A stretch of 63,969 nt of DNA, the filler included, from Chrysochromulina tobinii (taxonomy: Eukaryota): NCBI GenBank assembly GCA_001275005.1. It is 8 parts of 8 records of this genome, joined end to end, with 100 filler letters (N's around TTAATTAATTAA, not from the genome) between each part and the next. Parts side by side here need not be neighbours in the genome. Positions count along the whole stretch, not along the records: positions 38,816 to 50,870 come from JWZX01000448.1; positions 50,971 to 59,634 come from JWZX01000449.1; 6 more parts are not named here. One strand, 5' to 3'. The translations under genes were made by a program, and so were the position numbers. The notes beneath the pieces are model-generated. The model was not told the origin of the DNA. It did no database searches and saw only the letters and a program-made list of their open reading frames with translations. Below are positions 41,801-51,797 of this stretch, in pieces. Every line of letters starts with the position of its first letter. Positions within the stretch are counted from its first letter, which is position 1.

Positions 41801-44260
41801 AGCCCAGGCGAGCGCGGGTCCGCCGCTCAAGGAGCTGATCGTCGAGGGGATGGCCGTCGAGGCGACGCAGTTTGAGGAGGGGCTGCTTGGCTCGTGGTTC
41901 TCGGGAGAGGTGGCTCAGGTGCGAGCTCTGATGACCTCTGATTGCCTACTTGGCTCGTGGTTCTCGGCTCCAAGGCGCTCATCAAACTGATGACCTTTGA
42001 TCAGCTCTGATGACCTCTGATTGCCTCCCTCATCAGGTGCGCCACCACGCCAAGCATGGCTCCAAGGCGCAAATCAAGTACCACGATCTGGCGGAGGAGG
42101 GCGGCAAAGGATCGCTCACCGAGTGGGTGCAACTTACCCAACTGCGCCCGCTGCCGCCGCCGCCGCCGCCGCCACGCGAGGGCCATGCGTCGTGGTTGGA
42201 TGAGTACTCAGCCGAGGATGAGTTTGCGAACACTCTCGAGCTACGGCACGGCGACGGCTGGTGGACGGTGACGCTCCGGAGCAAGGAGGTGCTCAAGGGC
42301 ACCACGTACTATCACGTGCGCTACCTGGGCGGCGGGCAGGACCACCGGGTGCTCGAGACGGCGCTCCGCCCGTTTTGGACATGGTGTCATCGCTTTCCCG
42401 GTGGCTGGCTCCGCGGCGCGCCCGCGCTCGATTCGGAGGAGGCGAAGGCGGCGCAGGTCATCCCGCTGCAGCCGGGCCAACCGCCCTATGCGGCGTCGCT
42501 GTTTGAGATTGGGTATGCGCGCATCGGGCTGACGAACCACAATGGCCTCTTGATGGCCTCTGAGTGCCTCTTGAGTGCCTCTTGATTGATGGCCTCTTGA
42601 TGGCCTCCCTCATTAGGTATGCGCGCATCGGACGCGACTCGACGCCGTACGAGGTGAAGCTCGGCGAGTGGGGGGGGCTTCTGTGGCAGCCAGCGGCCAT
42701 CATGGCGCCCAAGAGCCTCGCGTCCAAGAAGCCCAAGTCGGGCGCGGAGCTCGAAGGAGGGTACATTGAGGTGCACTGGCCGCTCGACAACGCGTGGTAC
42801 ATGGCGAGCGTGATCATGTACATGCCCGACGTGCAGAAGCACAAGATTCGGTATGCTGATGGACGGCGACCGGCCAGGTGCATGCATGTGCTCACCACGG
42901 CGCCCCCTCGCGTTTCCCCACAGGTACGTGGTGGACGGCGTGATCGAGATGCTTGATCTCGAGGTTGAGGAGTGGCGCGGTCCGGTCGCCGGCCCGAATG
43001 GCGAGCCTCCGCTCGCCGTGCCCGTCCACCACGTCTCTACCGCCGCCGTCGACTTGCCTAAAAAGGAGCGCAAGTCGGGTGGCGCACCCAAAAAGGAAGT
43101 CCTCGATGGCGCCGGCTACAGCGGCTTCAAGCTGCGCATGCGCCTCGACCATCGGCATAAGGAGGCCTTGCTCTACGATGCGGACGGCAATCTCGTCGTG
43201 CCGCCCGAGTACGAGCAGGGCAGCGCACCGGCCGCGGGCGGCGGCGCGCGCGCCTCGCTGGAGCCTCAGCTGACGCGCGAGCCCCCCGGCGTGTGGCCCG
43301 AGGTGATGACCTCTTGATGCCCTCTTGATGGCCTCTGATCACCTCTTGATCACCTCTATCACCTCCGATCACCTCTGATCACCTCTGATGACCTCCGATC
43401 ACCTCTGATGGAGCCATTGATTGCCTCCCTCATCAGGTGGTCCAGGATCAGCTGATCGAATACTCGCCCCTCGAACCGAGCGGTGCTGGCTCGTGGCGGC
43501 TGGGCATCGTGACCGGTTTCAAGAAGAAGAAGGGCAAGAGGAAGAGCGAGGTGGACGGATGGAAGGATCAGCTCGTGCGCATCTCGCCGCTGCCCCTGAT
43601 GGCCTCTTGCTGGCCTCTTGATGATCACTGAGGACGTCTGATGGCCTCCCTCATCATCAGGTGCGCATCTTGCCGCTGCCCGAACCGTTACGGGTGCCGC
43701 AGCTCGCGGCTGAGCTCGCGTCTGTTCGGGGTACTCCAAATGAGGACGCGTACGAGGTGGTGGTGCCACCTGGCTTTGTACGTGCCGTGCCGCCCGCGCC
43801 GCCGATCGGGTGGCTGGATGCCTTGCCTGAAGGGGCGACGCTCGAAGTGCGACATGCGGGTGGCTGGTTTGGAGCGGTGGCGCTCTCGCGGCGTGGAGTA
43901 GCGAGCGCGCGACGCTCGACAGTCAAGTTTGTCCTCGAGCCGAGCCCCGGCTCCGCGTTGCCGCTGCTCGGGGGAGGGCAGATTGAACGCACTGCCGGCG
44001 TGGACGACTTACGACCGTTTTGGTTGCACCAGGGCAAGCGGGATGGGTACCGGATGGGGCACGACACGTCGATTGACATCGACCAAGCGGTCCCCACAGA
44101 GGAGGTGATCTCGGCGCTCGAGATCAAGGCCGCCCTCGACAATGCCATCAACGCTGCCGCCTCTACAGAGTACATGGCCGCCACCGCTGCAGCTGCCGCC
44201 GCCGGGGCTTCCGAACCTGGTGGCGCCGACACGGCGCGTGGCGCCGGTAGTAGCAGTAGC

Positions 44261-44291
<31 letters not shown>

Positions 44292-44401
44292 GCGGCGGCG
44301 GCGGCGGCAGCGCAGCAGCTACGGCGACTGCTGAGGCGGCGGGCGCTGTGGCGGGCGCTGGCCGACGTCGCGGAATAGGCGACGTCGATGTGGAGGCAAA
44401 C
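38816..44401 (+). CDS. Multi-exon Agenet/Tudor-repeat protein, partial (exons to 39912, 40002-41212, 41415-41918, 42037-42512, 42617-42850, 42924-43302, 43437-43574, 43661-44401)
   Basis: Repeated G..VEV...GF.GAWY.A.I...V.Y......IRP.PP Agenet motifs and IEVHWPLDNAWY Tudor motif; all seven GT-AG introns keep the frame when spliced. Confidence 0.85.
41213..41414 (+). repeat. Intron filled with (TGATGACCAC)n, family B variant
   Basis: GT at 41213, CAG ending 41414, more than 10 copies of the 10-mer. Confidence 0.9.
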
Positions 44402-44607
44402 GTGAGGACCATGATAGCCTCTTGATGGCCTCTGATGGCCTCTGATGACCTCTGATGACCTCTGATGACCTCTGATGACCTCTGATGACCTCTGATGACC
44501 TCTGATGACGCCCTTGATTGCTTCCCTCATCAGGCGAGCTGCACAGGAGGCGGCCACTGATGACCTCTGATGACCTCTGATGACCTCTTGATTGCTCCCC
44601 TCATCAG
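41919..44607 (+). mobile_element. Family-B introner-like introns: 41919-42036, 42513-42616, 43303-43436, 43575-43660, 44402-44533 and an acceptor at 44607; also 45659-45742 (-) and 30473-30531 (-, truncated)
   Basis: Shared (CTGATG[A/G]CCT)n body and conserved 3' end TGAT[T/G]GCCTCCCTCATCAG across unrelated genes and contigs. Confidence 0.8.
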
Positions 44608-45159
44608 GCGAAGCGCGACGAGGAGGTGGGCCGGCTGCGCACGCAGCTGAAGCAGATCCGCGACATGCTCAAGGAGAGCCATAAGGTCCTCAAGCACCTG
44701 ATGAGCCAGGAGACGCAGCTCAAAGCGGAGCTCAAGGAGGCGCGGCGCTCGACACAGCGCGCCGACGGGCTCAACCTCGAGTACCTCAAGAACGTCGTGC
44801 TCGCGTTCTTGCTCAAGGTATACGGCGACGCGGACAACGAGGAGCACATCAAGCTCGCGCACGTGCTCGAGACGATCCTGCACTTCTCGCCTGAGGAGAA
44901 GGCGCAGGTGCGCGACAAGATCACGTACTACGAGTCCTCATGGTGGCATAGCACAGCCAATCTGCTCAAAGCGCAGACGGCCGCCGACGTGAGCGAGCGC
45001 GTCGTCGCGAGCGCACCGTCGACCGCCCCCCCTGCCGCCGAGTCGCGCGCGAGCGGTGCGAGCGCCTCCGGCACGGCTACCGGCGCCTTGCCCGCCGCCG
45101 CAGCTCCCGCAGCGTCGAGTGGGGTCTTTGGCAGCCTGTGGGGAACTCTCTTCGGCTGA
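44608..45159 (+). CDS. Terminal exon encoding coiled coil + GRIP domain (golgin-like)
   Basis: NLEYLKNVVLAFL...KLAHVLETILHFSPEEKAQV is the GRIP consensus. Confidence 0.85.
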   Translation, partial: AKRDEEVGRLRTQLKQIRDMLKESHKVLKHLMSQETQLKAELKEARRSTQRADGLNLEYLKNVVLAFLLKVYGDADNEEHIKLAHVLETILHFSPEEKAQVRDKITYYESSWWHSTANLLKAQTAADVSERVVASAPSTAPPAAESRASGASASGTATGALPAAAAPAASSGVFGSLWGTLFG

Positions 45160-45526
45160 ACGCGCATCGAGCGCCGCGGCAATGTGCCGCAAAACGCACA
45201 TACATCGCATGGTCATGGAAATCCTGCGCATACGTTTACGTAGACCCTGTCTGAGTACGTCTACTTTCGCGCGTATCGGTCGCTTGTGAGATACCGTACA
45301 TTCATAAAAATAAATGAAACTTAAATGAAAACATATATACGGTCGCGTCTGGCGGCGGACCGACCTTGACCGACCTTCTTGACGAGCCTCGAGCGCTGCC
45401 CAGGGACGCTGACCACACATACGCGACCCGACTCGGTCTCGCCTCTCGCTCGTGACCCTTACTACCTCGAGGCTCTCTGCACGTCTCCGATGACTGAATC
45501 GTCGCACGAACGGCTCTGGAGTCCTC

Positions 45527-46611
45527 CTACGATCCAATCTTGCCAAATTTGGTCTCATACTCGTCCACGCGCGCCTTGGCCTCCGCCAACTGCAGACGCA
45601 GCTCGATGAGCCCGCCAAGGTCGTTGTCGTACTTGCGCTGTAGCGCCTCGAACTTGACCTGACGAGGGAAGCCATCAGCGAGGCCATCAGCGAGGCCATC
45701 AGGGAGGATCAACCAAAACGGGAGATCTTAGGGAGATCTCACCTCCAGTTTCGTCGCGTGCTGCCCGAGCTTGCGCGTCCCGCCCCCTACCCTAGAGAGC
45801 TCCTCGCGCAGCCGCTTCGCGTCCGCGCGCGCCTCGTCCCTCTCGAAGGCGTTCTGCGCCTCGGCCATCTTCGCCTCGATCAGCTTCGTCGACAACTGCT
45901 CGAGCTCGGCGCTCGAGGCGGCGCCGCCCGGACTGGCGCCGCCTCGGCCGCCGCCGCCGCCTCGAGCCTGCTCTGCCCGCTCCGCGCGGCCGATGGCGTC
46001 CTCGAGCGAGGCGCGCAGCTGCTCGATCTCCTCCTCGTACTCCGCTGCACGCTCCTCCGCCGCTGCCGTCAAGTTCTGTGCACGCTCCTCCGCTTGGGAA
46101 GCCTGGCGCGCCGTACGAGCCGCCTCGGCGCGCAGCAGCGTCAGCTCCTCCTGTGCAGAGGCTGTAGCAGCGGGCGGCGGCGGCCTGGGCGGCCACGTTG
46201 ATGGGCGGACGTGCCTCCGGCGGCACCCACCTTGCTCGCCGCCTTCTCCAAGAGCTTGCGCACCTCTCGCGCCTCGGTCTGCGCCGACGCCTTGCCCGCC
46301 TCCGCCGCGGCCAGGTTGGCCTGCATCTTGGCGAGCGCCACCGCGTGCTCGCTCTCGAGCCCCTTGAGCTGCGCGCGCAGCTTCTGGGACTCCGCGAGCT
46401 CGGCGGCCAGCTTCGTCTTGCGCTCGGCTGCGAGCTCCTTGGCGGCACGTGCCTCGTCCCCCGATCTCCTCGCCTCCTCGCGCGCATCGTCCGCGTCGGC
46501 GCTCGCTCGGCGCGCTGCCTCCCGAGCACGTGAGAGCTCCTCCGCATCGGCAGTCGCGCGCCCACCGCCACCACGCCCGGCCTCCTCCCGTGCTGTTGAG
46601 AGCTCCGCGCC

Positions 46612-46649
<38 letters not shown>

Positions 46650-47769
46650 TCTTGGCTGCCGCCGCCGGCGCCATGGCGCTCGAAGCTGTCTTCCCGAAGG
46701 GGTTAACGCTCGAGGACAGGAACTCGTCGGCGGGCGGCGGCGCGGCCTTTTCGAGGCCCTTGCGTGCGAATGGGTTGGGTTTCGCCGCCGCTGTCGCTGC
46801 CGCCGAGGAGGCGCCGCCCGACGAAACCGACGGACGCGCCGAGGAGGCGGCCGCCGAGGAGGCGGCCGCCGAAGCTGGCACGGTGGACGGCTTGGCTGGC
46901 GGCGGCGTGGGTGCGGCAAGGGCGGCGCGCCCTCCTCCGCGCACGACGCCGGCGCCGTCATCCTCCTCCTCGTCGTCGTCGTCACCAAAGTTGTGGCGCG
47001 CCGTGCGGGAGCGACCCGCAGCGCCGACGCTCATCTGCCCCGCTCCCGCGTCGTCTTCCTCCTCATCCACAGGGTCAGGCGCCGTCGGGGGCGGCGGGCG
47101 CGCCGTCTTCCGGAACCCGGACTGGGCCTGCACCAAGACTTCCGAGAAGCCCTCGAGGTCTTGCTCGAGGGCGTGCGGCTCGCCGCTTGGCGTCTCGGAG
47201 CCCTCGGGCGGCAGGCCCGAGAGGCCGGTGAGGGCGGACGAGATGGACTGGTCGTCGTCGTCGTCGTCGCCCACGCCCGGCTTTGCCGGGCGCGCCACCA
47301 TCGACAGGTGCAGCACCACCGGGTTGCCGTCATTCGCGCGCCGTTCGAGCTGGAGCGTGAGCGGTTGCGGCTGCTCGGTCGCCACGTAATCCGCAATGTT
47401 GAGCTCGAACGAGGCGATCTCCTTGAGCTGCGTCTTGGACGTGCCGAACATGGGCTTGACGGCCAGCACGGCCACCTTGTACCGCTTGTCCGAGAAGCCC
47501 GATTTCTTGCCCGTCTTGCTCGCGAACAGCGTCGCCATGAAGGAAACCTTTTGCGCGCCCCACGAGACGTCGCCGCCCACCTCCTTCATCTCGTCCGTTA
47601 GGTCGACCGCCTTTGTCGACGCCATCTTGGGCCCTCGGCTGCACTGCACCACCAGCCCGGTCGCCGACATGTTGGGCGGAAGGCCGCTCTCGACGCACAG
47701 GTCCGAGAACTCAAAGGTGAAGCGCGACGTGGCGCGGCCCGCATGCTTGGCTTTGCCGAACAAGGGCAT
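45527..47769 (-). CDS. NT-type C2 (EEIG1/EHBP1-like) domain + coiled-coil protein (exons 47769-46231, 46150-45743, 45658-45527)
   Basis: VVQCSRGPKMAST...VSW...ATLF...K.YK...LNIADY (NT-C2); NPF motifs; GT-AG introns 46151-46230 and 45659-45742 keep the frame. Confidence 0.85.
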
Positions 47770-47990
47770 CGGGGTGCGGCGCGGCGCCGGGCCGATTGCG
47801 CGGAGGGTGCGGAGCGAACCGAGCAGCAGCTTTCTGTGCCTGTGAACCACTTCTTCGAACCTTGCTGTGGGAAAAAAGTCGAACCTTTGCTGTGGGAAAA
47901 AAGTCTAGGAGAGGGGGGCTTCTATCAATCAGCAGTCAGAATTCAGTAGCGAGTAGGGTCTAGGGACCTATACGAGTACGTCCGCTCGTC

Positions 47991-48992
47991 TCATCCGTAG
48001 TAATGATCAGTCTTGCCGGTGAACTCGGAGCGGCCGAGCCAAGGCGTTTTAGGGTGGCAATAGCATCCCTCGAGTCCGGGCTTGTCGAGCATCGCAATGG
48101 CCGCGAGGTCGTCCGCGTCCAGCGTGAGGGCGAGAACGGCCTCGAGGTTGGCGGCGATGCGGGCGGGCGTAATGGACTTGGGGATGATCGCCGTCGGTCG
48201 GGTGAGCGCCCACGCGAGGAGCACCGCCTGCGCCGTCGTGTCGTGCTTGCTCGCGATCTGCCGAATCGTCGCGTCCTGCGCCAGAGGCGGTGAGGCGTGG
48301 AAGGCTGACATCGCATTCGCCGCGCCGCCCATCGACGAATGTGCAGTCACAACGATGCCGTGCTCGGTGCAGTAGTCGAGCAACGGCTGACGCTGGTAGT
48401 ATGGGTGCGTCTCGAATTGGTTGCATGCGATGGGCTTCGTCGCCACGGCCTGCACCACCTTCAGGTCCTCGATCTCAAAGTTGGAGACGCCGATGTTCTT
48501 GACGAGACCCTCATCGACGAGCTTCTCCATCGCTGTCCACGTGGCACCAAGCGGCACGTCATCGACTTGATCCGCGGAGCTCGCCTCAACGGTGCCCGGC
48601 GTGAATGCCACAGGAAAGTGGCACAGGTACATATCGAGGTACTCCACGCCCAGCGCTTGGATAGACTCGAGCACGCCCTGCCGAACCAGCTCCGGCCGGT
48701 GAAAATTGTTCCAAAGCTTCGAGGTGAGAAAGAGCTCCTCGCGCGAGGCGAGCGTGCCATCCGCAAGGGATTCTGAGATGGCTTTGCCCACTTCAGCCTC
48801 GTTCATGTAGACCCACGCCTCATCAATGTGCTTGTATCCAGTTGCCAGCGCAGCCTTGGTGCCCTCGTACACCTCTCCTTTTTTGGAAAGCCACGTGCCA
48901 TACCCGATGGCAGGCATCGCGTCGCCAGTGCCCGGTAGCTTGAGCGTTGGCGTCGTCAGCGCGGCCGTGGCCGTTGCAAGGCAGAGGAGCAT
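47991..48992 (-). CDS. Aldo-keto reductase with N-terminal signal/targeting peptide
   Basis: MPAIGYGTW, HIDEAWVY, FLTSKLW, YLCHFP (D-Y-K-H tetrad), IGVSNF, IIPKS. Confidence 0.95.
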   Translation of the reverse strand: MLLCLATATAALTTPTLKLPGTGDAMPAIGYGTWLSKKGEVYEGTKAALATGYKHIDEAWVYMNEAEVGKAISESLADGTLASREELFLTSKLWNNFHRPELVRQGVLESIQALGVEYLDMYLCHFPVAFTPGTVEASSADQVDDVPLGATWTAMEKLVDEGLVKNIGVSNFEIEDLKVVQAVATKPIACNQFETHPYYQRQPLLDYCTEHGIVVTAHSSMGGAANAMSAFHASPPLAQDATIRQIASKHDTTAQAVLLAWALTRPTAIIPKSITPARIAANLEAVLALTLDADDLAAIAMLDKPGLEGCYCHPKTPWLGRSEFTGKTDHYYG

Positions 48993-49299
48993 CGCGGCCG
49001 AATCGGGGGGACCCATGAGAGTCTCGTGCGCGTGATCTTTCTTATGCCCAAGACGGCGCTGAAGATTGCGCATGCAAGCGACGGGGAAGGGGGGGAGGGG
49101 GGGGAGGGGATTTTGTGGAAAGGTGAGTCGTGGAAAGCAGGGCTGCTGAGGAGCATGCTGAAGCGATTCTAATGCTTCAAGATCCAGGTGTCGCCACGCT
49201 CGAGGAGGGAGGAGCTCATTGACGCCATCAATTGGGACGGCCGGCTCCTCCAGCGTGTGCAAGCAGGCGGCTTCTTCCTCGCGAGCTCGTAGATGCACA

Positions 49300-50520
49300 T
49301 GCCGCTCAGCAGCCAGAACGCGGCCGGCTCAGGTGCGTCCCAGGCTCAAGGCCTCGTGGTGTGGTTGTAAAGGCAACGTGACTCCCCACACTGAAATCTG
49401 CGTCGTCGTGAGGGTGCGAGCGGTACTCCTTGCCTTTAAAGGAGTGCTTGATGTAGTTCATCCACGCGTCAGCCCCTGGGCCCGCAGTGGGCAGGGTGGG
49501 GAATATGCGTGCGACCTCGAATGCCCAGAAAGGGACCAAGAGAACTTGCGGACTTGCGCGAGGGAGAAGTACGAGAAGGAGGGCCGGCATTCTCGTAGAC
49601 GAGGGAGTCGAGAACCTCGAGAACACATCTGTTCTCGAGTATTGGCCACCCATGGCCGTCTTGGGCGCGCTCGTCACCACGCTCTGCATCCGCCGCAGAG
49701 GATGAACCACACACGGCAGCTCCTTGCTGGGCCTGTGAAGGGCCTGCCTCGTCGACCTGGATGTCCTGGACCTCCTCGTCATCAAATTCGTCATCGTCAA
49801 GGTGTCACCACCCGCCTGGCGCTTGGCACCCCAGCCACCATCAATACTGGCAAGGAACCCTGAGTGGGGCATCGAATACACCCAGTACCCAGGGTGGACA
49901 ATGTGGATGGCGTCCATCATTGTGTCCCCCTGCCGGGTAAAGTATCCGCCAAATTTGAGAAAGAGTTTGGCGGTGCCGTAGCGGTGCCGTGCCAGGGCGG
50001 AGGAGGCGGTGGTGGTTGAAGTGGTAGGAGTGGCTGCTGCGGGGGCAACAGTGCATTAGCAGCCGCTTGCACAGCGGCGGCGGCATTGGCGGCGGCGGCG
50101 GCGGCGGCGGCACCTGCGGCTCCAGCGGCGGCCATCGCGGCATCTGCACCACCTGCAGCGGCGGCGTCGGCAGGGGCAGCAACGATGGCGGCGAGGGCAG
50201 CGGCCATCGCTGCAGCTGCAACGTTCGCAGCGGCAACAGAGGCCGCTTGGAGCTGCTGGGCGTTGGCCTGGAGGGCCTGCAGCGCGGAGCTGGAGGTGGC
50301 AACGGTGCTGGAGGTGGCAGTGGCGGCGGGGGAGGAGATGGCGACGGTGGTGCTGAGGGAGGAGGCGGTGGTGATGGTGCCGGCGAATACAGAACGTCCT
50401 CTAACTCATAGTCTGAGTGGTGTCGCCAACAATTTATAGTCGCCACACACCTGCGCCACACCTGGCCTGGTGCTCGACGAGGTGCTTGATTCCGCCGATC
50501 GCAACCGTGGGCTTGTACCA
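49300..50520 (-). pseudogene. Frameshifted, degenerate coding-like remnant, possibly from a transposable element
   Basis: Ala/Pro-rich and acidic (DDDEFDDEEVQD) coding-like segments switch frames; no recognisable domain. Confidence 0.3.
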
Positions 50521-50970
50521 TTCATAGAAGTGCATCATGATCTCGCCGCGGGCCGAGCTCACTGGCGAATGTCCACACGCCCTTCAGCGCATTTATGTAA
50601 TGAAGTTCATTTTGGACCACATAACGGGACTGTGAAACTACTTCTCGCGCTTCTATCACCGAGTGGGTGTGCATGACCCCTAGAAAAGTTTTTCTTTTGT
50701 CTCACCGGACCGTACCTAACGAGGCGGGCGACCATCGGGCGGCTAGCGAACTCCCCCTTGGCAGAGGGCGGTTCGCTTGGCACCCCCCTACGAGAAGCCC
50801 CCACAAGTATAACGGCCTATACGGTCCGGGGTTCATCAGTGTGATGACACCCGGTGACCCCTTACCCCCCNNNNNNNNNNNNNNNNNNNNNNNNNNNNNN
50901 NNNNNNNNNNNNNNTTAATTAATTAANNNNNNNNNNNNNNNNNNNNNNNNNNNNNNNNNNNNNNNNNNNN

Positions 50971-51395
50971 AGCACTCACGCACACCTGAAAGCCGGTGGA
51001 GACCACGCTGACGTCTGTGGACCAGGTGATTGCTCCCGAGCCCAACACCACGTTGCTAGGCCCGTTAGTCCCTTGGTACTGCACACCATTGACTGTCAGC
51101 CTGTCGCAACAACTCTCTGTTTGAAAGGAGAAGGTGTTGAGGACCATTCCAACAGTGGTCGAAAAGGGGGTGAATGAGCACTGCTCGTTGTCGTTGTAGT
51201 TGCCCGGAAAGTTGTACGAGTATAAGCAGGGGCCGCTCACGGTGCAAGGGCCGCTCACCGAGAAAAACTGTGCTTCAGCGAAGCCCACCATCGTGACCAG
51301 AAAGATGATGCGGGCAAGTAGCAGTCGAGGCGCGGGCCCGAGGCGCCTGTTCACCCCACGAACTGAGCCCTGTGCGAGGTGGGCGATGCCCATCA
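50971..51395 (-). CDS. Secreted CUB-like domain protein, 3'-partial; start uncertain
   Basis: Hydrophobic leader then GPC...CLYSYNFPGNYNDNEQC...FQTESCCDRL.V...WSTDVSV..TGF.VC. Confidence 0.78.
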
Positions 51396-51797
51396 TGGCG
51401 AGGAAGAGAAGGCGCAAGTGCCAAGGCACGGATCCGACGCCGCAGCGCCACGCGTGCACGCCGCGTCCAGACTGTTTCGTTAAAAATGTGCATGCTTTCA
51501 TTTTTCCGTACCCCGTTACAACAGCTGTACCGTTCATGTTACCTTCACCGCGTTCACGCGACAGTAAATAACTCTAAACATGTGCGTGTAAGACTAAGTT
51601 AAGACGAGAGTACGTGCGAAGCGGGATCCGTTGTATGTGAAACGGGCGTTACGGCGCCTCATGGTATTGATATGCTCTCTGTCACTTCCCGTTGGTGGCT
51701 CGCCTCTACTCTCACTCCCTGCACCCTGGTCCCCTGGCTCTTCGACGCTCCCTCTGCCGCTGGTGAGCCACGTTTTGGATGCGCCTCCTCCACGCTC

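Noticed and set aside
41213..44607. TGATGACC arrays as CRISPR arrays or C/D-box snoRNAs
   Set aside because: No unique spacers and no cas genes. The units are contiguous 10-mers inside GT-AG introns; the UGAUGA/CUGA boxes overlap and leave no guide region
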